NCBI RefSeq assembly: GCF_009914755.1
Contig: NC_060938.1
Length of the DNA stretch: 64,000 nucleotides
From: the human T2T-CHM13v2.0 reference genome, Homo sapiens
Strand: one strand, 5' to 3'
Numbering within the stretch: position 1 is the first letter of the stretch; the number at the start of each line of letters is the position of its first letter. Made by a program: the position numbers and the translations under genes. Positions 13,491 through 24,900 of the stretch are shown piece after piece. Under the pieces are notes generated by a model. The model was not told the origin of the DNA, made no database searches, and was given only the letters and a program-made list of their open reading frames with translations.

Positions 13491-14689
13491 ATTTTCAAAC
13501 TTTTAAGGGGCTGCAGGGATCACTAGAGAAAGTTTGGGGCTGTATCCTACTTGACCTAAGTACCTCCATTTTTAACTGTTTACATATTGGGCTTTCCAAA
13601 TTTCATTTGCAAACTGAAATTCTGCACACAAAAAGTTACAAAAATCAAAATTTTGAAAAATTATGGTCTAATTCTTCCCTTTTAAAGATAAGACACTAAC
13701 GCCCAGAAAGAGAATACAACGTCCCCAAGATTGCCTAGCAAGCTGCTGATGGGGCCAGAAAGAGGATCCAGACCTCCAGACTCCACATCTAGGGCCCTTC
13801 TCACACTGCCCCCATCACCTGGCCTCCCTCTATCCTAATGTTGACTCTGCAGGCTTTCAGGGGCCACCTGCCATCCAGTCCCCCTCCTGTGGGCTTATCA
13901 GTGGCTGCCTACAGGACTCTGAGATTCCAGATGGAAACGGAAAGAATGGTAAAAAGGAGGTAATTGGGCCAAGTTGTGGAGGGGGGAGCTGTCTCAGCCA
14001 GGTATGCAGCGTCTCCTCAGGTGGAGAATCTGGCTAGAAATTCCGAAGGGGAGAAAAGCTAACTCCATATGACCATGGTGTTGGGTTTTGAAACCCTATA
14101 CGTTTTTTAAATCTATAATTATGTGGTACACACCTAATTAAAATGGACTATAATTGTTGAAATATTTTATTGAAGTCATTTTTTTTTTCCGAACGACAGG
14201 TTTAACAGATGATAAAACTTGTCTTGTGGTTAACTTGGGCTGCCAAGATCCCCAGGCACAGTACAGAGGGTGGGGCTGTCCGACAGCGGACAGTCAACTG
14301 CATCTGAATGCCAGCATTCTTTGCTAAGCACTCCCTTCTGAAGGCTCCTCTTGGGCCCCATGCCAAGCGCTCAGGACGGAGACAAATAGCCTGGGTGGGT
14401 GTTTTGTGCACAAAGATGATTGAGGTTTGCTTTTGCTCGATGGAGAAATCCTTTGAAATTGTGCTCCCGGGGAGCAAGGGCAGCTAAGATCAGAGGGAAC
14501 TGTTTATTCAAAAGCACAAGGAGAGAACAGTGATCCCTCCCCACTCACAACCCACACCCTCCTCCAAACTCCAAATGACCACGGCGAAACAGGCCTCGAC
14601 AGCGTCAGGGAGCTGCATCCTCACGTCTTCCAAAGGATGAGATGGATGTTTCTCTACCCGTGCCTCCGACAGGAGTTGCAGTTTACTGA

Positions 14690-14850
14690 CAGTCTACCAG
14701 GTGCTCAGTGCTTTGTATGCTTTGTTTCTAGTATTTACTACCCACTTTACAGATGAGGAAACTAAATCATAGATAAAATGAGTGGTTTAAGGTCTCGCGG
14801 CAAGGAAATATGGCATAGTCTTAACCCCAGCTCTGCCAAACTCGGAAGCC
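14690..14850 (-). mobile_element. MIR
   Basis: cccactttacagatgaggaaact. Confidence 0.65.
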
Positions 14851-16599
14851 AATGTTTTTCCACTGCTGTGTTCTGTCTCAAAGGCTGGCTCAAAGCGCGC
14901 ATCTTCATTATTCAAAAAACGGAATCAGCCTGCGGGAGGGAAGGGCAGGAAAGCATGCCCCAGGAGTTGGGGGTTCCTTTTCATTTGTGTTGTCTGTCTG
15001 TCCTCCCTACCCAGCCCTGCCGGCAGCATGGGGGAGGGGGCATATTACAAGATCCAGGGGTACTTCCCAGCCCACACCACCAGCACAGCAAGGGCTAGGC
15101 CAGGGAGGCAAGGGAGAAGTTTGCTCCCTTTCCTGCCTGAGAACCAGGGGGTAGTCATTTGACCCCCAGTTCTGAGCTCAGCGAAAGTGAGAGCAGTAAG
15201 GTAGGGCCCTAGTTGTGAGCCACGTGCCGTTGTCCAGATTTTGTGATGGCTTTATCCTCTGTGATTGTCCCAACCCAGCTGTTAGGCAGCTATTGTCATC
15301 CCTGGGCTACTGGTGACCAACAGGGGCCTAGCGGCTGCAACAGACCTAACCTGACCCAGCTAAAACAAAGCTCCAAAACCACCCTAAAAAACGTATTCTG
15401 GGAGTTTCTCCATTTTGCGTTGGTGTTTTTTTGTTCCTGTGCTTTCTTTGTTCTTCCTTTGCCTGTCTGCTCTCCCTCAAGCTTGCCCTTCATTTTTGCC
15501 GTCATCATTTTTATTGAGCACCTACTATGTGTGAGACCCTCTGCTAGATGTGCACTGTGGAGGAAACACGCTTCTTGAATTCCAACGCCCACTCTCCCCC
15601 GGGGAGTTGCAGCATTCGACTACTCTCTGCTTCCTAAGTGCAGTTTCTGCCTTACAAGTCCGGCCCTCGGGGTTGTTGTGTGGAAGGAGGGGACGATGTT
15701 TGTGTAGGGCCTGGCTTAGGGCCTGTGAGCCCCTGCCCCTCCTCCAGCCCCCCACCTGCCCCTTCCTTCCCTTGGGGGAGGGACAGAGCAGGCTTCATGC
15801 GGGACTCATTCTGACAGCTGTCCGGGAAGGGGGGTGATTTGTACAAAGCAGCCTGACTGTGTCTAAATCCCTCCCTGGGGCACTGTTTCCAAATTACAGT
15901 GTGGCAGGTTTGATCCCTGCCACCCCGCCCCACCTGCCTCCGCAGGACTTTCCTCCATCCTGGGCCCTGTGTGATGGGATGACGAGCCCTTCCATCTGCC
16001 CCACCGTCCCTCCCAGTCCTCCTCCCTCACTCCTTCCCCACCTGTTGGATCTGTCTGTCCATTTGGCATGGGGTGAAGCAGGCGGTGCCTACCCTTCAGC
16101 TCTCAACCCCAGGATAGTGACAGCAGCAAGCAGACAATTACATTCTAGAACCAATTAATTAACTGAATGCTCCCCTGCCAGTTGCTTCATATCACTGTCT
16201 TATCAAGTCTGAGAGCACTGTCTCATTAGGCCCATTTAAGAGATGCGGAAATGGCAGGGCAAGCAGATCACCACCCCAGGTGACAAATGGCCTGGATACA
16301 GGTGGATGGGATGCCTACTCAGGGCCTCCTGTCCTATTTATAGTAGGAACGGCTGCCTTTTGAATGTGCCCTCTGGCCTCGGACATGCTGCGTACAGGAG
16401 CACCGATCCTCAAAGGACCAGTGAGGTAGGTACCACCTGGCTCACCTTACCCATGAGAGAACTGAAGTCAGGGAGGGCACATGATGGGCCAGGAAGCCCT
16501 GGCTAAGCACACTGGTAAAATGAGACCTCGTATCTTTGCAGCCCTCTAACTTTCCCTCCCTTTGGAGACGCAGATGAAGGGGAAACCAAGCTGCCTTGG

Positions 16600-16812
16600 A
16601 ACTGGGCTGCCCCCATGCACCATGGCCATTTGGAACTGGGTAGTGAGAGGCTGCCCTGTCCATTGTAGAATGTTTAGCAGCATCCTCTGGGAGTAGCAAA
16701 CTCCCCTCTCCTGGGACAGTTGTGACAACCAAAATGTCTCAACATTGCCAGATGTCCCCTGCGCGTGGGGGGCGGGGGGTAAAATCACTCCTACCCCAGT
16801 TGAGAACCATTG
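16600..16812 (-). mobile_element. MER20 hAT-Charlie MITE
   Basis: ctgtccattgtagaatgtttagcagcatcc...gttgtgacaaccaaaatgtctcaacattgccagatgtcccctg...gttgagaaccattg. Confidence 0.9.
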
Positions 16813-16999
16813 CCTCACAGTCTTCAGCTTTTTTTCAAGAAAGTCTATGTTATTTCTCTGAAGGACATCTAGAAATTCAGAATGCACGATGCCCAAAAGG
16901 GAAAGAACACAGAGCATGTCACAGCAAACACTGATCCCACATGGCATTATTATTATTAATCACTAACTTGACTACAGTCGGTGGGAATGAATCGCTCTG

Positions 17000-17450
17000 G
17001 GGGGTGGACAATGGGACTTCAGGACATCACAGTCGGAGTGCCACGGCTGACTCATAGGCGACTTTGGACAAGTCTGTTTGCCCTTTTGGGACTCAGTCTT
17101 CCCCTCTCTAACATGGAAAGCCTGAAGGATGTGACTCACAATGACCGTTTTAATCTAGTATTGGCAGATGTCCCAGATTTTGCCACCGTGGGACCAATGT
17201 TATCACATAGTACAGAAGCCAATGTCCTCTGGGTTCTGATCACCTGGGTGCAGACTGTGGCTTGAGTACTTACTGGCTGGGTGACCCTAATCAGGTCATG
17301 TAACGTTGCCATGCATCTGCCTCCTGCTCTGTAAAAACTCTGGGATCATAGCAGTATCTGCCTTATAGAACTGTCATGAGCCTTAACTGAGAGGATATAT
17401 ACAATACAACAGTGTCTGACATTAGTAATAGCCTCGTAAGAATTAGTTAT
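17000..17450 (+). mobile_element. Two MIR-family elements
   Basis: gactttggacaagtc...ctcagtcttccc; actggctgggtgacc...ctcctgctctgtaaaa...tagcagtatctgccttatag. Confidence 0.65.
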
Positions 17451-17454
17451 CTTT

Positions 17455-17678
17455 AGAAACCACAGGACCCTCAGTCCCAACCACAGCCCGGCTGAATCAG
17501 ATCTCCCAGGGAGATCAGGAACCAAGTATATATGGCTACTGAAGGATGGATTTGGTTTTGCCAGGTGGAGATACAGTGCAGAAGAAATGGAGGGAGCATT
17601 CTCTGGCTGATTTTTTTAAATCCTCCACAAATGATTCTGAAGCAGTGAGTTGCTGGCCTGGCACTTAGGAGCCACTGT
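17455..17678. mobile_element. MER5-like DNA transposon relic containing a foreign 79-bp insert
   Basis: ctgaatcagatctc...ggaaccaagtat[insert]tttttaaatcctccacaaatgattctga...ggagccactg. Confidence 0.5.
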
Positions 17679-18399
17679 AAGTTATATGAAGCTCTCTGAC
17701 ATTAGGAATATTCCAATAATGTTTTGAGTGCCACTCTGTATGAAGGCCTGAGTGGTGCAAAGATGGAAAAGGTACTCTCTGTCCTCAGAGAGCCACTGCC
17801 TAAACCAGCAAAAACAACTCCTAAGCCACATATATAGTCCAAGTGGGCCTCTGTGTTTCAGGAGCACAAGGAAGCCTGAAACATGTGCTCAGCGATGACA
17901 GAGGAGACAGTGATCTGCAGGATTATCAGTAGGGCTGTGCAGGTTATTGACTGCACAGAGGCACCCAGAGAAAGGTCACTCTTCTTTCTAATTCGCATAA
18001 AAGCTCCATCGGGCCAGTGGCAGGTCTGGAGGTCATTATTCAAGCAGGCTGTTCTGGAAGCTCCTACTCATCCATCAGTGAGAGTTTAGCTGCCCCTTTC
18101 TCTAGGGAACCTTCCCGAAGACCCAGAAAACAGAGTCGACCACACCCTTTTCTGTGTCATGCCCTATTAAAGTCTTCCTTACCCCAGATTGTAAATGCAT
18201 GTTTGGATTAACGTCTCCCCAACTTGTCTTTGAGCCTTTTGAGAGTAGTTACTGAGTTTGTTTGGTTTTTCTGGTGTTCTCATGTTAGCACCCCAACACA
18301 AGGTCTGGTACAGAGTAGGTGCTGAGAAGATGCTTGTATTTTGTTTTGTGGGGTTTTTCGGTGGGCGGGGGTTGCCTACTACAACTGCTAGCAGCAGAT

Positions 18400-18504
18400 G
18401 CTTGTTGAATGAATAAATGGATGGATGGATGGGTGGATGGGTGGATGGATGGATGGATGAACGATGGATGATGAATGAATGAATGATTAAATAAATAAAT
18501 AAAT
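18400..18504. repeat. (GGAT)n/(GAAT)n/(AAAT)n compound repeat on an L2 tail
   Basis: cttgttgaatgaataaatggatggatggatgggtggat...aaataaataaat. Confidence 0.9.
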
Positions 18505-18584
18505 CCCAACTAACTAAGAGGATTTTAATGAACCTGGGTAGAAAGGACACTCCGTTACCAATCAAGCGAGCTGGATGTCAGCCA

Positions 18585-18690
18585 AAGTGACTTCCTGGAG
18601 GAGGAGCAAATGGCCCCTGAATGATGGATGCGTTTTTGCCAAGTGGAGACACAGTGCAGAGGAAATGTCGGGAACATTCTCTAGCCAATC
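18585..18690 (-). mobile_element. L2 fragment
   Basis: acttcctggaggaggag...ctgaatgatgg...gccaagtggag...aacattct. Confidence 0.55.
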
Positions 18691-19297
18691 TCATGCCCAG
18701 AAAATTAGATTTTAAAAAGTGAAAGATACCAGGAGTCGTTAGCGAAGTGTTCATGGTTTGATGGTTGCTGTGGCAACATGCTCTTCATTTGGGATGGAAT
18801 CGCAAAGTAAATATTTTCATAGCATCAGCAGGATAATAAGACACATGTTGCCATATCTGGGAGAGAGCCAGTCCTCTGCACTCTTGTGTGGGTGTCCTCC
18901 GTAACTTGGTTATTTTGCCCACAGCTTCCCCTAAACATGGAACAACTGAAGGACTAGACACTTGGCTCCCATGTGCCCAAGAGACAGAGGAGCTCTGAAT
19001 AGGGGCCTAAAATGCACTGTTTAGCAGGTATGTTCATGTCAAAAATGTTCCTCCCTGGCCTGGGGTCAGAAATGACCCTGTTTTAGTGCCTCACACATCT
19101 GGAGTATGACCTCATCTTGCCATGTGACCCTGGACAAGCTGAATTCTCCTCTGAGCTTCAGTTTCTGTATCCATATATTCCCAATACAAATACCCACCTC
19201 TCAAGACTCATAGTTGAATTAAATATAATACAACATTGACTTCATGGGCACTTAATCCATGTTGGTTTTCTTTCTCTAGAATGTTCCATGAATGTCC

Positions 19298-20063
19298 ACT
19301 CCACACCCCACTGACAGTGTGAGGCAGATCGTCGAGACAGAAAACTAATAAAGTAGTTCTGGACTTATACTCAATGTTTGACCAATTGAACCCAATAGGC
19401 ATTTACGGAATATGTTACTCAACCACAGAATATACATCTTCTCGTCTGCACTTAGAACATAGTCTAAGATCGACCACATGTTTGACCATAAAGCAAGTCT
19501 TAATAAATTCAGAAAAAGCAAAATAATTCCAAGTACACTCCTGGACCACCATGCAATAAAAAGAGAAATCAATACCAACAGAACCTCTCAAAACTACACA
19601 AAAACATGGAAATTAAACGACTTGTTTCTGAATAACTCTTGGGTGAACAATGACATTTAGGCAGAAATCAAAAGTCCTTTGAAATTAATGAAAATAGAGA
19701 CACAGCTTACAAAATCTTTGGGTTGCAGTTAAAGCAGTGTCAAGAGGAGAGTTTAATCTCCTCTTAACACTGCTTTATTTAACTCTTGATGATAAATGCC
19801 TTCATCAAGAGTTAGAACAATCTCAAATTAATGATCTAACATCGTACCTAGGGGAATGAGAAAAAAAAAAAAAAAAAAAGAACAATCCAACCCCAAAGCT
19901 AGTAGAAGAAAATAAATAAATAAAATCAGATAAGAATTGAAGGAAATTGAGATCCAAAAGTCTATAAAAAGATCAATGAATCCAAGAGTTGGTTCTTCAA
20001 AAGAACAAGCAAGATTCACAGACCACCAGCTAGCTAGATTAATGAAGAAAAAAAAAAGAGAGA
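19298..20063 (+). mobile_element. LINE-1 internal ORF2 fragment (distal endonuclease region), old primate L1PA/L1PB-type, disrupted
   Basis: Residual peptides SKIDHMFDHKASLNKF and TWKLNDLFLNNSWVNNDI resemble L1 ORF2p; stops and frameshifts present. Confidence 0.92.
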
Positions 20064-20074
20064 GAATGTATATT

Positions 20075-20420
20075 TAAAACTTACGGAATTTCCTTTGAAC
20101 CAGTAATTTCATCAAGGGACTCTGCATTTCAGTGGCCCAAATGGCAAAGATTTATGCCCAACAATTTCCACTGTAGTGCCATAAAAAATGGTAAAAATAT
20201 AAGCTATGTCAGCAGTAGGGGGACACTTAAGTACACAGAGAAACGCTCATACAATAGAATATTCTGCAGAACTGAGAAGTATGAGTATGAGGCAACAGAG
20301 GGAAACTATTCCTATACTCCTGAATTCAACTGGGAAGCTACAAACAAGATTCATAAAAAATTTCACCTTTGGGTTCTTTGCTTTACTGCACAGCTTTCTG
20401 TTTTGTTTTGTTTAGATACC
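20075..20420 (+). mobile_element. Ancient L1 (L1MC/L1ME-type) 3' fragment
   Basis: cctttgaaccagtaattt...caaagatttatg...catacaatagaatattctgcag. Confidence 0.6.
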
Positions 20421-20819
20421 ATTAAAATAGAATACCTTGGGACAACTTCCTCCAACAACCCCAAAGCAGACTCAGCAACCAAGCATCAAAAAACCACAGC
20501 TGTCAAGAGCACACAAGTCGTAGGACATCACCAGGATGCTATGTGCTTCCTCTGAAGTAAATATACTGTGGTGGTACAGAAGACCTTGGGCAAGTGCAAT
20601 GTACAGGGCACCCTGAACAGCAGCTACATGCCCTGTTTCGTGCTAGAGGCTATATGGAAGTGAGGAGAACAGGTTTGCCCTGGCCAGGAGAGACTGTAGT
20701 GAGAGAACAGGGATAATGTATAGAAGCTGCCTGTTATCAAGGGAGCCCTCTCACTGAGTCCTACAAATTCCTGGCCTTACTTCTAAGTCTCATCCCAGAT
20801 ACTCATGCTAGAGGCAGCT

Positions 20820-21400
20820 TCAGGGTTAGGAGCATGGATGCTGCACTGGGGCTGCCTGGGAGGAAAGCCCAGCTCTGCTAGGACCAGCTATGTGAGCCTG
20901 GGCAGGTGACGTGACCCCTCTCGGCCTGGTTTCCCCATCTGGAAAAGTACCCTCCTCATAGATGATGTGGGGTTCCTTGGTGTGTAAAGCTCTTAGGACA
21001 GAGCATACCTGTTGGCCAGTTCTAGATGAGGCCTTTCTATTAATATAAGTTCAGAGGCAGCTGAGATAAAACTGACTTCAAATCACATAATCTTTCCACT
21101 CAATACAACTGCCACATGTCCACAAATAGCTCTAAAAGAAGACTCTCAGAAGGGCTAACACAGAGGGTCAAATAGGACACCATGAAAGCTTCAATGAGGT
21201 GGGAACAGGATCACTGGAATTTGACTGCTTTGGGTTCAAATTCTGGTTCTGCTATTCACTAATGATCTACACTCCCTGCCTAGCTCCTCTGAGCCTCTAT
21301 TTCTTTGTAAGATGGGGTTAGCTTCCACCTGCTCATGGAGTAATTTCCTTCAGCAATAATCACGCATCAGATGAAACTCAAGAACTGTGCTATTAACCTT
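20820..21400 (+). mobile_element. Two MIR elements
   Basis: ggttaggagcatgg...cccagctctgc...gtttccccatctggaaa; tttgggttcaaattctggttctgc...ctctgagcctc. Confidence 0.7.
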
Positions 21401-21718
21401 GCACCAGCATGCCACAAGGGGTTATAGGAAAGACGACGTAAGAGAATCTATGTATTACAACTGCACGAGCCAGGTACCCACCGGTAAGGACAAGCCGAGT
21501 CTCTCGGCTGCAAAAGACTCAAGGAAGCAGCAGCTGAGCCAGTTCTTTGGGGAAGCAGGGGTTTCAGATGACACTGAAGGAAGACAGGACTTTAGACAGT
21601 CAGAAATGAGGCAGTGGAAGGGACAAGCCCAGGCAATGATCCAAAGCCCTGGAAGATTCTCAGATGGTCAGACTCAAACAGAGCCCCCAACACATGTCTG
21701 GAATATAGCAGGTGGTAG

Positions 21719-21927
21719 CAGAAAAGAAAGAAAGGAGGATGTAAAAGAGGAAGAAAGGATGGGGGAGAGAAGAACGAAGGAAGGAAAGAAACAAAGAAGG
21801 GAGGGAGGAAGGGAAGAAAAAAGGAAAGAAGGGAAAGAGGAAGGGAGGGAGGGAAGAAGGAAAGAAAGAAGAGAGGGAGGAAAGGACTGAGGAAGCAGGG
21901 AGGGAAAGAGGGAGGTAAGGAGAAGGA
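21719..21927. repeat. Polypurine (GGAA/GAAA) low-complexity tract
   Basis: About 200 bp almost entirely A/G. Confidence 0.9.
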
Positions 21928-24900
21928 TAGTTAGAGTCCAGACCTCTTCCCAGTTCCCCATCTGTGGCCAGTGCGATGCTAACCACTTCTCCCACTGCCT
22001 GACCCCACACAGAAGGCCCCTTGTTCTGCAGCCTGCTCTGCGTGATCTTGGGGAAATGTGATTACAAACCTTGACACTCCCATTTCACCCTTTCAAAGAC
22101 CACTGTTCCCACTCAGGCGTCTGCTTCACCCCTCGTGACATAATGCACCCTGCTCACCACTGAGAGATTTAGTGTCCCCTCCCCAGCCTCCGAAAAGAAA
22201 AATGTAGCTTGAGATTTTAATTCCTATTCATGTCATTTTACAATAGCTTCATTCATTCCCACTGGCTGTATGATTTTTTTTTAATTTATGGAGTACATTT
22301 GTGATGTATGAATTAGAGAAAGAAAATGTTATTAGAAAGGTCCCAGGGAGTGAGCTGTTTCTTGTCTAAAGGCTGTGAAAGTAAGTGTGAAGAAAGAGGA
22401 GTGAGTTGGAAGCTAAGAGAGCCAGGTCTAGCTCACAAAGTGGCCCCCAGAGTACTGTGTGACTTTGGAAAAGGGGCTTAACCTCTCTGAGCCTCATGAC
22501 TCTCTAAGGGATGGCTTCCCACGCTCGTCAAATAGTGTCTCTGCTAACAATTACAATACCCCTGTGAAGTAGGTATGGTTGTTACCATGTTACCATAATT
22601 AACATGGGATGTACCCTTTAGGGGACCTGGCCCCAGACCCCACCCCGTCTCACAGGGGCTCCAGCTAAAAGGAGGACAGGCTGAGCAGCTCTGCACTCCC
22701 CGACCCCTGCTGTCCAGCTTCAGCTGTCAGGGCCCCTGTGGGCAGAAGCACAAGTGAAGAAATTTAGTAAGGCTGCAGAGGCCAACGTTCTGGCCTCATA
22801 AAGCCCTTTTCCAAAACAGCTGCCCACAGCTGCCCAGAGCTATGTTCTGCAATAAATTGGCCCACTGCCCTGGAAATGGAGGGGCTGAGGGCTGGGGCAA
22901 AGGGGCCAGGGTCGGCAGGAGGAGAAGGAAGAAAGGCATTCCTGGAGGAGTGAAAAGAGTCTCTCTCTGCCCTCTCAAGCCTCAGTTTCCCCAGGTGTAA
23001 AGTACAGAGAATCCCCCTCCCCCACATTGCACAGCAATGGTAAGGAGGAGACAGTATCGTGGAGGGTCCTAGGCGAGGCCTGTCACGGAGTGTGTTCTTG
23101 GTAGGTTCCCCCCCCAGATGTTAATATAACGTGCGTTCTTGGTAGGTCCCCCTCGAAAGTCCAGCACAACCACCATTCCCAGTTTCTGCTGTCATACAGC
23201 CTACCCCCACCCCTCCCCAGCCCCCAGACTGCAAGGAACATACACACCTCTCTCTCCCTCACAATAGACAAATTGCCAAATTCTGGGGCTTCTAAGCAGG
23301 TTGTGCCCTACTGAAAGCCAGGTACTGGCAGCTCAGTCTATGCCTGTTGAAAAGGCCATTCAGAAAGGGAGTGCTTTTCCTGGTTGGCTGCAGATATGTT
23401 TTATTTGTACTTCATTTACCAGAATGTCCCCAACAGGTTGCAGCAGAGGAAATAGAAGCATGACCTTGCTGGTCTGCACGTGTTCCCAGGCCAAGTCCCA
23501 GGGTGCAAAGTGAGCTCTCAGGCTTCCTTTCTGCTGAGGGTAGAAAATCATCTGCTCAGGATAACTTGGTGCCTTCTGATGTCAAACGGGGAAACACTCA
23601 GTCCCTTCAGGGTTTGTCCCTCTCCTCTCCAGGGAAGGTCTGAGCCCGGAGGGAGGGAAGTGCATATTATTCTGACCACAGTGGTACCTTGTGCCCACTG
23701 GCCTTGGAGGGCTGACCCTCATCCCCCTCTGTCCTTGTTTTCATAGCCGGGGATCTGAGGATGACGGCTGCCTTCCTCTGTGCTCTCCATTCACAAGGCC
23801 TCCCTTGTGCTGAGTCCCCCAGCCCTCTCCCAGCAGTGCCCCAATCTCAGGGGGCTCAGATTCTCCTGGAGGCTTTGCAGACAGGTGCCATGCAGGGCCT
23901 GTGGGACTGTGAGGCCAGGAGACCCTTCAACTCACTGCTCTTTGCTCTGCAGCCTGGCGGGACCTGGCCCTTCCATCTAGATCATGAGCAGAGAAGCAAG
24001 ATGCAGCTTCCCCCTGCTGCCTCTCTCATGGGTCTGGGCTTGCTGTTGCTGCTTCACCCAAAGTTGATCCAAGAAGGGGACAGGCATATCCTCCAGGTGG
24101 ACCTATGCCCAGCAAAAATCAGCATTTATAATAATACACAATCTCTGTTTCCTCTGTTGTGAAAGACAGTGAGACACTGCAAAGTGGCATGCTTTGCCCT
24201 TGCTAACACAGTCAGGAAGTGGAGAACAAGGACTCACCTCCAATCCTGTATTCCCACCTCTGTCATTGCCATTGCACACCCATCCTGGTGTTTCCTAAAA
24301 ACAGCAATGAGAAAACACCCCAACTTCCCTGTGCACTGGGTAATTGCCCTCCTCCTCTTACATAGACCGTATGCAAATCCCCTATTACATCACAGTTAGC
24401 AGAAAGTGACCCAAATGGAACTGTGAACACCCTATGGGCAGAAAATTAGAAGTAAGATCATATCAGTCCTTCTGACAGTTAAAGTAAAATTTTATGTGAG
24501 CAATATACTCTCACTCTGATTACCATGCAGTATAATTTTATTCTGGTTTTCCTGGGCCTGCTGAACCCCTGCTCTTTTAAGTGTTCCAATGCTCTGCTTG
24601 CCAAGATAAATGATTATAATTGACAGGGCATTGTCAATCTATCGAGAAGCTGATTTCATTAAGCATGCCAAGGGCCAGCTCTGGGGCAGGTAGCTGAGCG
24701 GAGAGGGGTTTGATCTCACCCTCTCCCTGTAGTACAGTCCACACTGGCACCAAAGGCTGGAGGGCAAGAGAACAAAGGGAACGTTATGTCTCTGAATTCA
24801 AATCTTTCCCTTTGAAATGAGGCATCCAGAATGGCCAGTAAAACTGTGGAAATGGATTTCTGGCTGCATTTGATGTTAAGCCTTTAGTGTCAAGCGCCAG

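Noticed and set aside
16334-16343. MEF2 consensus CTATTTATAG
   Set aside because: Isolated, between MIR relics; compatible with chance
20154-20555. 133-aa ORF that looks like a processed pseudogene
   Set aside because: Overlaps an ancient L1 3' fragment; no recognisable protein, poly-A or TSD
21387-22010. 167-aa and overlapping antisense ORFs
   Set aside because: Open only because the purine tract lacks stop codons; low-complexity E/R/K/G or S/L/P/F sequence
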